Assembly (NCBI GenBank): GCA_964019335.1
Contig: OZ025664.1
Coordinates: 62,001-126,000 of the forward strand
Direction: 5' to 3'
DNA: 64,000 nt
Source of the DNA: Diplonema japonicum
Lineage: Eukaryota; Protista; Euglenozoa: Diplonemea
The notes below the pieces were generated by a model. That model made no database searches. It was given only the letters and a program-made list of their open reading frames with translations, and had not been told where the DNA came from. The position numbers and the translations under genes are program-made. Position 1 is the stretch's first letter. The number at the start of each line of letters is the position of its first letter. Positions 1 to 11,640 of the stretch are shown here, one piece after another.

Positions 1-1294
1 GCACCACAGGGGAGCGTGGTGCACCCCCCCCAAGAGCTCCAAGAATCTGTTCTCCGTTGCGAGGTCCGCCAGTTGCACCCGCTTCTCGTCAGACGTGTCC
101 AGTTGTCGGAAGAGCTTCCGTCGCTTGATCTTGTGTGCAGGTGCATTCGACACAGGGAGGTCCTTTGCGATGTCTGACCACGAGCGAACCTTTGGGATCA
201 GTGTTTCTTCTCCTCCTTGTTCTTGTTGTTGTTCTTGTTGTTCTTGTTGTTGTTGGTGGTACTGTTGTCTCTGGGGAGATGGAGAAAAGGAAGAAGAAGA
301 AGGAGAAGGGGAAGGGGAACGAGAAGGAGAACGAGAAGAAAAGGTCCTTCCAAGGTAACCGCCCGTCTTCGCAAGCATCTCCTCCTCTCTCTCCTTCTGC
401 TCTTCTTCCTCTAGCTTCCTCACCTCTTCCTCGTCTGGAGGTGTGTCCAGGGTAACCGATCCCTTCACGTTTCTCCGCATGAACCCCACCTCTATGAACC
501 GGTTCCCTGCTGCTGCTCCGTACAAAGCCTCTGGAAGGTCCACCACTAGAATCTGCTGCGTGTTCACGTTCTTCACCCACACGAGCTTGTCCCCTAAAGC
601 AAGCCCCGACACCTCTGCTGGCTTCCCTGGTTCGACGCGGGTCACTGTCATGTCTGCTGAAATCCCCAATCCGAGAGATGCGGGGGTCACTGCGGGTTCC
701 CTTTTCTTCTTCTTCTTCTTCTTCCTCTTCCTCTTCTCGTCTTCTTCTTTTCCTCCACCACTGCAGTCGTCCTCATCGTCCCCAGGAGATCCCCGCAGTA
801 CCACAGGAGACGGGGTGAAGAACTCCTCCGCCTCGTCCAACCGCAGCCCCTTGTGGTCCGTCGTCCAACGCTCCTCCTCTGCGTTCCACACAACCCACGA
901 CCCCATCTCGTGCGGGAGCTTCTTGTTCTCGTGGCACTGCGCGCTCATCGCGACCCGCCGCCCCGTGAACGGGCTGTCCACTCCGACGGCGATCGCCCAG
1001 TGGCCCTCCTCGCCCCCTCTCAAAAGGTTGTACACCCGCCGCGTCCCCATCGCCCACACAGGCTTCCCGTTCACACGACGCCTCCCCGCGTACAGCACCT
1101 CGTACGTCCCCTCGATCTGAGGCTTCTCCTCGCACGTCACTGTTATCCGAGGCCACTCCTCTCCCCCGCTTGCTTGCTCCGTCGGCGTCTGTGTGTGGGG
1201 TGGTGTGTGTGGTGTGTTTCCTTTTGTTGATCCTTCATACCGTTGGCATTTCCCCCACACTCCCGCTGTCCTCACGCTCCACCGAGTCTCCCAT
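1..1294 (-). CDS. Hypothetical protein with PDZ-like domain; runs off the window start; intron 1189-1240
   Basis: Manual translation: MGDSVEREDSGSVGEMPT, GTATG..CACAG intron, then an open frame TPTEQ...LGLGISADMTVTRVEPGKPAEVSGLALGDKLVWV (PDZ-like) to position 1. Absent from the ORF track because it has no stop in the window. Confidence 0.65.
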
Positions 1295-2662
1295 TTTCCT
1301 TCCTGTTCTGATGTGCGTCAAAAAGCAATGGTTACTAACAATGAAAGTGGTGGAAACTGACAGGTCAAAGCCCGTATGAGGGAGTAAAAGGATAGATTAG
1401 CACATGGTGTTGTGGCTGCAAACAGCTCTTGTAGAAGGTGCAGAATGTGGGAGGAGGATGAGTAATTCTTGGCGCAACCAAACAGATTGTTGGGGGAGAG
1501 CCATGACGCGTGGTTTTTGGACCGGCATACTCTTCAGATTTGGCCTAAAAGGACGGGGGGGGGGGGGGGGGGGAACTATTTATCTAATTAGAACCAGATA
1601 CTCAGATTTTCACACTATCATGCATAACGAGTGTCGATAGTTCAGCGTGAAACCTGACATCTGATTTAACGTGGATACTATACTTTATTTAATTGGGTAT
1701 CGCACTTAAGGTGAAATGACAGGGGACGCAGCATATAAGGTTGGAACTGAATCCGAATCGTACGTCTCATTGATTACCTTGTATCCCGGATGCCGAAATT
1801 ACCAGGATCTCCAGTAATGCCTTAAGTGAAATGAAATCCCGATTAAATAAAAAAAGATTAAATTGTTTGTTATAAAACAAGAAGGCAGAGGCCAGTATCG
1901 TAGTTAAAGAAACATCGGCTTCGCCTACAGTTGAATGTTGTGTTGTTCAGAGACCGGTACAGGGACTGCAGGAAGATTTCCGCGCAGTCTGGACCTGACC
2001 TCTTGTTCAACACTTCCCCATCATATCCAGCCACGGCAACGGGAAGAGGTGTTGCCATGGATCACGAATGTGAAATACTAAAGGGGGAGTCCTGCATTGT
2101 ATATAGTTGCTTGCTAGCCTAAAAAAACAAATTTCGAAGAAAATAAAGAATGGTATCCCTTCAGGCACTCCTTTGCTTGGGGCGCTCCATGTTTAGGAGA
2201 GAAAAAAAAAGGGAGAAGAAAAAACTGAGCACCTCATGAGGCACTCGTTGCATTGTCATTGACAGGAGGATAGTGATAGAGACACAAAAGAGGGGGGAGA
2301 AAAGGAAATTATGCAGTTCATAGCATTTGGTGCTGGACCATAGTGTTTACACCACAGAGCAACTCGTACCTTCGAGGTACTAAGTTCCTAGATAAAGTGT
2401 TATGCTTATACTATTAGGTTAGCCATAGGTTGTGTTTATGAAATAACATAAAGAAACATTTAAAAGAAAATGTGGACTGAAGCTGCATCACTAGCAGTAC
2501 TGTTGAAGCATTAAAGGCTACCAGGGGTGAGCTATGTGTCACCCACCGGTAGCTTCTCGGAGGGTATGGAGGGGACAGAAGCTGAAACATAACGAAGTGT
2601 TGGCAAGGTGCTAAGGTACTCTAATAATAATTCTAGTTCGCATATTCAAAAGGGTCTCGAGA

Positions 2663-3274
2663 TCAAGGAGAGGGTGGTTCGTTGTCTTCGTTCATTGTAC
2701 CCTCGTGTCTGTTGCTTTCCCCACTGGCGGTAGACATGACATCTGCAACTTCATTATGCACATCAATGACAGTGTCTTGATGAAGGCCTGCGAGAGGGTT
2801 GGCAGGGGGAACAGGAACATCGACAGGATGCCTACAAAGGGGGCAAGTGTTGGACGCTGTCTTGGTGCCTAAGAGCGACGACAGACAAGACGCGTGTAGG
2901 AAGTGACTACAGGGAAGCTTTACCCAAAGGTCTGTGCTGCCATAGGGGCTGGAGACTTCTTCAGCGACGGACTGCAGACAGATGCTGCAGTCGATCTGGG
3001 ATGCCTCCTCCCCTGTCACATTCACACTATACTTCACAATGAGTTCTTGAACCTCACTCTCCAGCACACTCTGATCTTTGACCCCGTTCGTGGCTATCGG
3101 GGCATTGTCCACAACAACCATCCTGCGCAGTCTCTGTCTCGTAGCTTCCAGGCTTTTCTTTTTCTCCTGCTCGAGCCTGCGCAGCCTCTTCACCCTTTTG
3201 CAAACCAGGAGTGCCCCAACGACCAAAATCACAAGGACAGATCCCAGTATCACAGGCAGTAGTATTAAAGACAT
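2663..3274 (-). CDS. Membrane-anchored RING-H2 E3 ubiquitin ligase-like protein
   Basis: N-terminal hydrophobic helix; CSIC...LPCSHFLHASC...CPLCR RING-H2 pattern. Confidence 0.85.
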   Translation of the reverse strand: MSLILLPVILGSVLVILVVGALLVCKRVKRLRRLEQEKKKSLEATRQRLRRMVVVDNAPIATNGVKDQSVLESEVQELIVKYSVNVTGEEASQIDCSICLQSVAEEVSSPYGSTDLWVKLPCSHFLHASCLSSLLGTKTASNTCPLCRHPVDVPVPPANPLAGLHQDTVIDVHNEVADVMSTASGESNRHEGTMNEDNEPPSP

Positions 3275-3331
3275 GTTGAAGCAAAGTGCAAATCTGTGTG
3301 TTTTACTTTAAATGAAGGGAAAGAGTAATTT

Positions 3332-4162
3332 TTACTGAGCGCTGGTTGGACCAGACTCCGAACTTAATATCTCGTCAGAAAGCTCCTGGAGTCTCTCTAC
3401 TTCTCGCATTCGCTTCTGGCACCCAAGCTTGCTCACATCGCTCCTCAGTGCATCAATGACGTCTTCGCTGTCATCGACTGTAGCCACAATGCCTTTGGCA
3501 GGAGAGCCCAGCAAGCACGCCAGAGTTGTCTGGGCTCCGTTGAAAGTGAATGGAATGTGCATGAGGAACTCAGGCACAGCACCAGACAGGTACAGGCCAT
3601 AAAGGTGTTGAAGACCCGGGTTTGGCGTTTGTCCCACAGTCTGGGCACGTTTAGATTGTTCCAACAGTTTCTGTACATTCAAACCCTCATGCAACCGTTT
3701 CCTGAGTTGTCTCTGCAAATTGAGCAGACGGGGGGTCTGATATTTTCTCATCTTCGTAGCTTGCTTTATCGAAACCTTTGGGTATGCTCTCTGTAGCTCC
3801 ACCTCTGCTTCTTTGTATTCTTTCATGACCCCTTTCCGAAGTTTCTCGCACACTTCCTCCAGCATTTCTGTGTCCTCCCACAGTACACGGCCACCTCCTA
3901 TCCCAAGGAACTTCCTCAGCTCGTCTTCCGTTTTCTTGAACAAGCCACCGCATTCCAATGTCTCCCGAAGTGCAACGTCCCCTAAGACAAGCATTGCACG
4001 CACATCCCCTGACCACTGTGCGATCACATTGGTCATCTTGACTGTCATCATCGACTGCAATTCACGGTTGCCCGCCACTGGCCGCGAGAGTAGTCTGCTC
4101 ACAGTCACGGGCGCCTCTTCTTGCAACTCTTTCAACACAAGTTGATAGGCCATGCTGCCCAT
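3332..4162 (-). CDS. Hypothetical protein
   Basis: 276-aa ORF with protein-like composition, on the cluster strand; no motif recognised. Confidence 0.6.
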   Translation of the reverse strand: MGSMAYQLVLKELQEEAPVTVSRLLSRPVAGNRELQSMMTVKMTNVIAQWSGDVRAMLVLGDVALRETLECGGLFKKTEDELRKFLGIGGGRVLWEDTEMLEEVCEKLRKGVMKEYKEAEVELQRAYPKVSIKQATKMRKYQTPRLLNLQRQLRKRLHEGLNVQKLLEQSKRAQTVGQTPNPGLQHLYGLYLSGAVPEFLMHIPFTFNGAQTTLACLLGSPAKGIVATVDDSEDVIDALRSDVSKLGCQKRMREVERLQELSDEILSSESGPTSAQ

Positions 4163-4438
4163 GTTAACCCCAGCACTAGGCCCTGGGCGTTAAATGGACG
4201 ATTTATTCAGAAAGATAAACAGACGGGTTAGCTTGATGCAAACGTAAAATGCAAAAGTAACTCAGTAACTACTATCCAGCTCATAAGCAGCCTGGGTATT
4301 GTTCCGATAGTACTCAGGCTCAGGTTCTTTTCAATTCTGTTCCTTCCGAGGTGCATCAGGCAACGAAGCCAGGGCAACAGAATCACCGGGCTATAAGTTT
4401 TTTGTGACTCAGTTGCATATATGCAACATGCTGTTAGC

Positions 4439-5692
4439 TCAGCCTTCCGCAGTTCTTTTAGCAGGTACACCAGTGTTTTGAGGGTCAAAAACAGCTGTGA
4501 TGTTAGTAAAGAAACTGTGCACCAGGTCGCGTTCCGACTGCGGCCCCCTCATGAGCGGGCCCGGGCATGTCATGCGCGCTTCTTTGATGGTTGCCCAATG
4601 TGCCTTGGCAGCATCCTCGTCACACGTGCTACCCGGCCGCAAAGCAAGACCGTTGCAGATGTGGTTGTACATAACGTCGCCAATCATACGTGTGGCGGGA
4701 CTCGTGTAGTGGTAGCCATCTGTGGTCAGGCCGTGCGCATGGCGTGTGATCTCCGTTACATCCAGGACGCTCACACCAGGTACACAGTCGGCTATCTTCG
4801 CAAGCGCTTTCCTGTAGTAGGACGCTTTCACAGGGTGGTTGCAGAGATATGGCGGCGAGTCAGCGCCGTGTACGAATCTAGTCTTCTTGTGAGACAGCCA
4901 GTACATCGGGAATAGGATCATCTCCGCTCCAGGCTTCATCAATGCTTTAATGTCCTGTACTCTCTTTTTGTGTTTTTCGTAAAATGTCACCAACGGTGTG
5001 ACATGGCTTGACATGTCCCACATGCCGCCTCCCAGAAGCACGTAGTCCGCCTCTCTGACTCTATCCTTAGCGTATGGAAGGTCAAAAGTGCCCTCGCTAG
5101 TTGCATGGTACTGCCACATGAAGTCAAATTTACCTGCTTGCAGGCCGTCCTCAGAGGTGATGTTGTTGTGCATAATGAAGAGGTCAACGTACGTCAGCAT
5201 CCTAGGATTGTGCTGTGGTTTCAAGAATTGTTTTTTCAGAGTCGTCTCTGTTGCGTTCAGAGCGAATGCACCAAAGTCTTGCACCACGTTCCGGCTGAGA
5301 GAATCACCAAACCACGCCACCTTCACCTTAGATAAACATCTGCGTATGTCTGAAGGTGGTATTTCAGCATCTAGCACTGCTGGGAGCTTGCATTGATCGG
5401 GCACCCATTTGATGCGTACGTTTTGGTTCGCAGAAGCGTTACCAATACCCCAGTCAATTCTACCCGGATACAGTGAATCGAGGGTCTTGCATGGGACGTT
5501 GTGGTTGATGTTGCGGGTCGGCTCAGGAGTTGCCTCAAGAGTGGGTATTATATTAGGCTTGGGGAGTGAGATCTCACGCACAAGTGGCATGTTGGGCACT
5601 CGTCGTCGCACTGCACCCTGGGTCATGGTGTTGTACATCATGCAAAGACAGTAGCCGAAGGCGATCAAAGCAACATTCTTGAATTTTGACAT
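4439..5692 (-). CDS. Type II membrane SGNH/PC-esterase-like protein (O-acetyltransferase/esterase family)
   Basis: Signal anchor after MSKFK; WFGDSLSRN (GDS) and DGYHY (DxxH) motifs; CAG acceptor shortly before the ATG. Confidence 0.7.
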   Translation of the reverse strand: MSKFKNVALIAFGYCLCMMYNTMTQGAVRRRVPNMPLVREISLPKPNIIPTLEATPEPTRNINHNVPCKTLDSLYPGRIDWGIGNASANQNVRIKWVPDQCKLPAVLDAEIPPSDIRRCLSKVKVAWFGDSLSRNVVQDFGAFALNATETTLKKQFLKPQHNPRMLTYVDLFIMHNNITSEDGLQAGKFDFMWQYHATSEGTFDLPYAKDRVREADYVLLGGGMWDMSSHVTPLVTFYEKHKKRVQDIKALMKPGAEMILFPMYWLSHKKTRFVHGADSPPYLCNHPVKASYYRKALAKIADCVPGVSVLDVTEITRHAHGLTTDGYHYTSPATRMIGDVMYNHICNGLALRPGSTCDEDAAKAHWATIKEARMTCPGPLMRGPQSERDLVHSFFTNITAVFDPQNTGVPAKRTAEG

Positions 5693-5849
5693 TGATATAA
5701 TGTACTTCTGCAAGTAAATTGGGAGCAAACCAGCAAGTTTGAAGGAATGAAAAAACTGGCGCACAGCCTCAAAGAAACTAAACTCATCTGCCCACCACGT
5801 GCTGTGTAATGCGTTTCTGACCGCAGTCCGTTGATGACATCAGCAACAT

Positions 5850-6213
5850 CTATCCTTTACTGCCAAAGAGCGTCCCAGACACTCTTGCTCCGAGTGCCCA
5901 CTTCACACCGTCGGTCACAGGTGCGAGATGGCCCCAACACCACTGGCCTGACCGCTTCTCTTTTGCACGCACCTTTTGCTCTTGCTCCTGTTTTTGTAAC
6001 TTCCGGTCCTCAATGGCCCTGAGGCGCTCTTGTTCCACCCTGCGGTGTGGTGTTTTGCGTGCGGTATGCATACTTGAACTCGTTGGCATATCTGTCAACC
6101 AGCGAGAACGCACTCTGGTATCTTTTCTTCTCCTCGTTGTCATCGTCATTCCCACCAAACTCTTGTGCATAGTTCAATGACTGTCCCCCGCCCCCTGTCA
6201 GGTTCAGGGACAT
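5850..6213 (-). CDS. Small hypothetical protein with 34-nt intron 6040-6073
   Basis: GTATGC..CCGCAG intron joins ORFs 6010-6213 and 5850-6170 in frame (ANEFK|VEQERLR); 3' end uncertain. Confidence 0.5.
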
Positions 6214-6448
6214 TGGCTCTCGTGTATCCTAAGGTGAGCTGGAGAAGTTGGAGGTGATCCAAGAGGGTGAAAAGAAATAAAAAATGAAATGAAAAGAGTG
6301 ATGGTTGGAAGGGCATTATGTTTCAATATGGTATGAAGAAAAGAAAAATCAAGGCGAAAAAAAAAAAGAAAAGTGACAAAAAAAAAAATCCTTTCTTGTA
6401 TTCTCACTGCCCATCCACACTCCTCATTTATATGGCCCCACACTACAT

Positions 6449-7060
6449 CTATTTCTTGTGCTTCTTCTTGTCGAGCTTCCTGAGGTAGAAGGCGAGCTCA
6501 GCACCCTCGAGGAGGTACCCATCGGCCCTGCCCACCTGACCGGGGCGCGAGGCGATCCTGGCGAGGACCTTACCACCCTTGACCTGGTCCTCAAGAGCCT
6601 TCTCGATCTTCGAGTCACCGATGCGCGAAGCCCACCTCTTCTTCTTGGAGTCGCTGATGGTCTCGGCAACCTTGTCGGTGGCACGCTTCTTACCGAGGAG
6701 GACCCCGTAGCGTTTGTAGTACCACTGCCTGAAAGGGGAAGAGTCGATGGTGAGGACGGCACCCTTTACGATGGCCTTGGTCCTGATCATTTCGTTGCTG
6801 GTGGCGTTGTACACAACATCCAAGATCCTGGACTTCTTGGTGATGGACTGGCTTCCCCACGCGAAGTTACCGTGGTCAAGACGGAGAGCACGGAACTTCT
6901 TGTTTCCACCCCTGCACCTGATAGTGGTCACACGCACGTTGGCCGCGAGCTTGGTGGCGGCAGGGAGACGACCGAGTTCGTACTTCCTCTTCTTCGAGTG
7001 GATCTTGCGCTTCCCACCGGTCACACGACGCTTGTGGAGCCTGCTGCGAGTGATACCCAT
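6449..7060 (-). CDS. RPS8: 40S ribosomal protein S8 (eS8), copy 1
   Basis: MGITRSRLHKRR.TGGK, RGGNKKFRALRLD, SRPGQVGRADGYLLEG.EL.FY signatures. Confidence 0.97.
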   Translation of the reverse strand: MGITRSRLHKRRVTGGKRKIHSKKRKYELGRLPAATKLAANVRVTTIRCRGGNKKFRALRLDHGNFAWGSQSITKKSRILDVVYNATSNEMIRTKAIVKGAVLTIDSSPFRQWYYKRYGVLLGKKRATDKVAETISDSKKKRWASRIGDSKIEKALEDQVKGGKVLARIASRPGQVGRADGYLLEGAELAFYLRKLDKKKHKK

Positions 7061-8327
7061 TTTTGTAGTTAAGCCCTTCCTTCTGCGTAAGTGCTATTAC
7101 AAGAATATAAAAATAATAAATATATGAGATAAAGGAGGCTGGTGTTGGCGGCGCCCTGCACAAGAACTGTCTACTTGATTACAGGGGGTGCAATTTTCAC
7201 CTAGCTGATGAAGTGTCAAAATCAGACACTGGTCATCGGTGTTGGTGTTGCAGGAGAGATGCCGAAGCCGTGGAGTTGTAACAAAGCAGCACCCAGCCCG
7301 GATAGATCAGAGGTGGAGAACAATTTAAGAGTTTTCCCTGGTCGTAAAGATGGAAAGCAAAAACACGTTTTATGCTAAAGGCTTTTCCTTTTTTTTTTTT
7401 TTTTTTTTTCTTCTCCTTTGGTTGCCAGTCCTCGGGATTCTTTTTTTTTCTTTTTTTTTTTTTTTTTTATTTCACTCTTCAGAAACTACTTCACGCACTG
7501 GGGGGCCCATTACTTCACGCTAAATCTCATTACTTCACGGTGAAATAATGGCCTGTTTTCCGTGAAGTAATAGGGGGTTTCCGTTAAATAATATGCCTCG
7601 GTAGGCCAATTTTTGCCTCGGTTCGGTTCCCAGTGGGGCTACTTTTTCCTCTCAGTTTGCTATTTCCCCCCAGGTTCAGCTCAATTGGCCAACTTTTGCC
7701 TCGGCTCAGTTCCAAGTTGGACTACTTTTTCCTCCCAATTTGCCCACTTTTGGCTAGGCCTTGTTCCCAGTTTCTGTGGGTAACTCTTCTGTGGGTAAGG
7801 GTAACTTAGTCAGCTTACCCAAGCACCCCAAAAGACTTCAAAATATCGAAGCAGCAGAAAAAAAGGAGCCAGCAGCCGCGCTAGGTATGGGAAGGCCTGA
7901 TTAGAGATGGTGACAGTGGCAATGCCACTGTAACAACTTGTATTGTAACCTTTGTAACCCCTCTCTTGTTGTACCCCTTGTCACCCTGTTGTGCCCCTCG
8001 TGGTGAAGTAACTTCAGAGTGTCGTGAAATAAAACCACTTACCTACCACCAAGTGCTTTACCGACCTCTCGAGGTAACGGTAAAGTCATTACTTGTTGGC
8101 AGTAAATAGTTATTTTTTTTTTTTATTGATGCACATGGGGGAAGAGGGTTGTTGGGGTTTATGTTATGTTTCTTTCTTTCCTTTTTTTCTTTTTTCTTTC
8201 TATTTGTTTACACTTGATTTGTTTTCTTCCTGCTGCCTTTTGATTAGTTTGCTAGGTAAACGGCTAGTCGGTGGTTTCCTAAAGCTCGCTCATCGACCAC
8301 ATAAGGGGCTTGAGTGCATGTACACGT

Positions 8328-8639
8328 AATAAATATGAGTTAAAGGAGGCCGGTGTTGGTGGCGCCCTGCACAAGGACTAGCTACTTGATTACAGGGGGC
8401 GCACCACTTCTGCGTTCCGCGCCGTGTTCTTAATGCGCGCGGATTACATTTCAACCCCAGCCGGGGTGTCCCGGGTAACCAAGATTTGGCGCTTGTAGTT
8501 TGCTGCCTGTTCGTCACCCTGAGCATCTGCATTATGTTCTTCCACTCAGGCGCTACTGGTGAATCACCGACGTGGAGGTCAACAGCGAACAACACATTTG
8601 ATGTCTTTCTTATATTTTCATGTTATCCCCACCACCTGA
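8328..8639 (+). repeat. Near-complete copy of a ~330-bp dispersed repeat (partial copy at ~7117-7193)
   Basis: AAAGGAGGCCGGTGTTGG..ACTTGATTACAGGGG..GGTAACCAAGATT..GGAGGTCAACAGCGAACAACAC..CCCCACCACCTGA recurs many times in 12.6-24 kb in both orientations. Confidence 0.85.
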
Positions 8640-9291
8640 CATGTAACAAAAACACATGGACAGGATCCGTCCTGCGGCAGCTCTGTCTCGGCTGAGGCGC
8701 TGTTACGGCGAATACCAACCCTCCAAGTCTCAGGTCCCGGTGCAGCACTTCATCCAGTAGGCATTCGTCGGGGGTCGTCAAAATAGACACTCACTATACA
8801 CCAGGGGGGAAAAAAAAGCGCTCTTCATGGATGGTGAAAACGCAAGTGGGAGACACTCGCCCAAAAGGAAACCTCGGCACTTGCAGATTGAATATCTGGT
8901 TGCAGAGACTGCACATGCAACAGAGGAGCATTCGACATCTTTAGACATGGTAAGAGGGAACTTTCTCCGCAAACACCGCCCAGAACACAACATGAGGCAT
9001 CAAAGCACCTGATGGCTTCTGGTCTGTGTCTTGACTCGTCGCCGTTTCAGCCGCATCCGACTTTGTGTCAACGGGCCACTGGGCACCATTTCTTCTTTTT
9101 TTGCCTGTTGTGCTTTTATTTGCTTGTGGTATAAGAATGCTGTCAATGAAAGAAGGAAGAAAGAAAAAAGAAGTTGATGTTTTACCTTATTTTCTAATTC
9201 TTTTCTCTTTTGTTTCAATTTTCAATTTTTTTGATTTTTTTTTAAGGTTTTAAAAGCTAACGCTGTTTGGGTATTCACTCAGCTACTACAT

Positions 9292-9903
9292 CTATTTCTT
9301 GTGCTTCTTCTTGTCGAGCTTCCTGAGGTAGAAGGCGAGCTCAGCACCCTCGAGGAGGTACCCATCGGCCCTGCCCACCTGACCGGGGCGCGAGGCGATC
9401 CTGGCGAGGACCTTACCACCCTTGACCTGGTCCTCAAGAGCCTTCTCGATCTTCGAGTCACCGATGCGCGAAGCCCACCTCTTCTTCTTGGAGTCGCTGA
9501 TGGTCTCGGCAACCTTGTCGGTGGCACGCTTCTTACCGAGGAGGACCCCGTAGCGTTTGTAGTACCACTGCCTGAAAGGGGAAGAGTCGATGGTGAGGAC
9601 GGCACCCTTTACGATGGCCTTGGTCCTGATCATTTCGTTGCTGGTGGCGTTGTACACAACATCCAAGATCCTGGACTTCTTGGTGATGGACTGGCTTCCC
9701 CACGCGAAGTTACCGTGGTCAAGACGGAGAGCACGGAACTTCTTGTTTCCACCCCTGCACCTGATAGTGGTCACACGCACGTTGGCCGCGAGCTTGGTGG
9801 CGGCAGGGAGACGACCGAGTTCGTACTTCCTCTTCTTCGAGTGGATCTTGCGCTTCCCACCGGTCACACGACGCTTGTGGAGCCTGCTGCGAGTGATACC
9901 CAT
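9292..9903 (-). CDS. RPS8: 40S ribosomal protein S8 (eS8), copy 2
   Basis: Same protein as copy 1; CDS appears nucleotide-identical. Confidence 0.97.
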   Translation of the reverse strand: MGITRSRLHKRRVTGGKRKIHSKKRKYELGRLPAATKLAANVRVTTIRCRGGNKKFRALRLDHGNFAWGSQSITKKSRILDVVYNATSNEMIRTKAIVKGAVLTIDSSPFRQWYYKRYGVLLGKKRATDKVAETISDSKKKRWASRIGDSKIEKALEDQVKGGKVLARIASRPGQVGRADGYLLEGAELAFYLRKLDKKKHKK

Positions 9904-10438
9904 TTTGTTTGCTTAATAGATCTGTGATGTGGTGAACGTAATGTTACAAAAAAAGGGGCACGGACAGAAATAAACAAAAGGGGAAAGACAAGGGCGCATA
10001 ATTATTCTTGCGGTCCAAAAAGAAGGAACCAGTTGCTAAGAAGGAAATCGTTTGTTTATGCTCGTGCTTGTGGCTACTTCTCGTGGGGCCTATAGTAGCT
10101 GAAGTCACGTGTTGCAGCATCATATACTGCTTCGGGGAAATCAAAATAAAAAAAAGAAACTCACCATAAGCTGGACACCAGAGGCAAAACAAACATGCTT
10201 TGTCCCTTCTAGTAGTAGCCTGTGCTCTGATGGTAACCAACGTGGGAAGGTGAGAGCGCAGGTCCCTCCCACGGCCGTTCAGAACAGACGCTTCTGGTGA
10301 CCGTCACCGAAATGAGAATGGCGCCACGGGCTGCACACCTTCGGTCACACGGTGTGGCGGTTTTAATTCTGAAAAGTAATTTTACAGCAACAAGAAACCG
10401 GCCCGACATTGTCCCTCCCTGATCTACACTTACCCACC

Positions 10439-11104
10439 CTAGATCCCTTCCGCACCGTACTGAGCCCTGTAGGCCTTCATGGCCTCAAGCGTCTCTTTGG
10501 TGCTCGCATCGGGAGACTCCTCCAGGTACTTGATCAGTGTCTGGAGTGAGATGACGGAGAACACATCGACACCAAAATCTTTCTTTACTTCCTGGATCGC
10601 CGAGGTGGGTGTCTCTTTGCCCCTCTCCTGCCTGTCGAGTGCCACAACCACACCACTGATTTGCCCACCAGACTTGTCGATGAGTGCCTTCGACTCCCTG
10701 ATCGCTGTGCCCGCTGTGATAACATCGTCAATGACGAGGACCTTCTTCCCTTCAAGTGAAGCACCGATCAAGTTGCCGCCCTCTCCGTGGTCTTTAGCTT
10801 CCTTCCTGTTACAGCAGAACGGGGTGTTCACACCCTGGTGGTAGAGGGCGGTCACGGCAGCAGTCCCCAGCGTAATGCCCTTGTATGCAGGCCCAAACAC
10901 AACATCATACTGCACCCCACTGTCGACGATGGCTTTAGCATACACGGCACCAAGCTCCGCCATGGCCTTCCCATCGCTGAATACACCAGCGTTGAAAAAG
11001 TAAGGGCTCTCCCTGCCGCTCTTCAGAGTGAACTTTCCGAACTTCAGGGCACCATAATCGAGGGCAAGCTCGATCATCTTTTTCTGGTGTTCGTTGATAG
11101 ACAT
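10439..11104 (-). CDS. pyrE: Monofunctional orotate phosphoribosyltransferase
   Basis: LKFGKFTLKSGRESPYFFNAG, FGPAYKGI, NRKEAKDHGEGG, VIDDVITAGTAIRES (PRPP-binding), LDRQERG. Confidence 0.96.
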   Translation of the reverse strand: MSINEHQKKMIELALDYGALKFGKFTLKSGRESPYFFNAGVFSDGKAMAELGAVYAKAIVDSGVQYDVVFGPAYKGITLGTAAVTALYHQGVNTPFCCNRKEAKDHGEGGNLIGASLEGKKVLVIDDVITAGTAIRESKALIDKSGGQISGVVVALDRQERGKETPTSAIQEVKKDFGVDVFSVISLQTLIKYLEESPDASTKETLEAMKAYRAQYGAEGI

Positions 11105-11163
11105 GTTGACTGTTCCTGTGATGAGTTGTTTCTTTTCGTGAAGTACAAAACTTAAAGCTAAAA

Positions 11164-11640
11164 CTACAACTTACTCCTTTTAAGATATCTCTCAGCATCG
11201 CTATGAGATAGAGTCCACGGTTTCCACCACACAGGGCGGTGCTTCAGTCTGTGGTATGGTGAGTGGTATGTCCCTGCAAGGAGGTGCAAGTGCAGGTGAT
11301 CCACAGAGTTGAAGGGTGGTACATGAAAAACTGCAAGAGACGTAGAGACAAGAGCAGAAGGGAGAACCTTTGTTCTCACATCAAGAGAGGCGAACAGGGT
11401 GCTTGCATTTTCTTCTCTATGTAAGTGCTTAATATCCTTAACATGCTTGACAGGCACTGCAAGCAAGTGTACAGGGGCACTCTTTGTCCTGCTTTCAAAA
11501 ACTGCAACCACTCCATCATTATACACGCATTGCCGCCCTGTGGGGTCCCTACCATGAACTATCTCACAAAACACACATTTTTCTATTTCCCCACTATCTG
11601 TGTACCTCACAGCCTTGACCATTTTATTCTTTTTTCCCCC
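11164..11640 (-). CDS. HIT-family protein (HINT3-like)
   Basis: CVFC, APVHLLAVPVKHV, HVPPFNSVDHLHLH histidine triad; start may be 11640 or 11622. Confidence 0.85.
   Translation of the reverse strand, partial: GGKKNKMVKAVRYTDSGEIEKCVFCEIVHGRDPTGRQCVYNDGVVAVFESRTKSAPVHLLAVPVKHVKDIKHLHREENASTLFASLDVRTKVLPSALVSTSLAVFHVPPFNSVDHLHLHLLAGTYHSPYHRLKHRPVWWKPWTLSHSDAERYLKRSKL

Noticed and set aside
1600-1860. Possible U3 or other snoRNA (GATACTATACTTT, scattered TCAG/CTGA)
   Set aside because: No box A, B or C in the expected arrangement; the match is too short.
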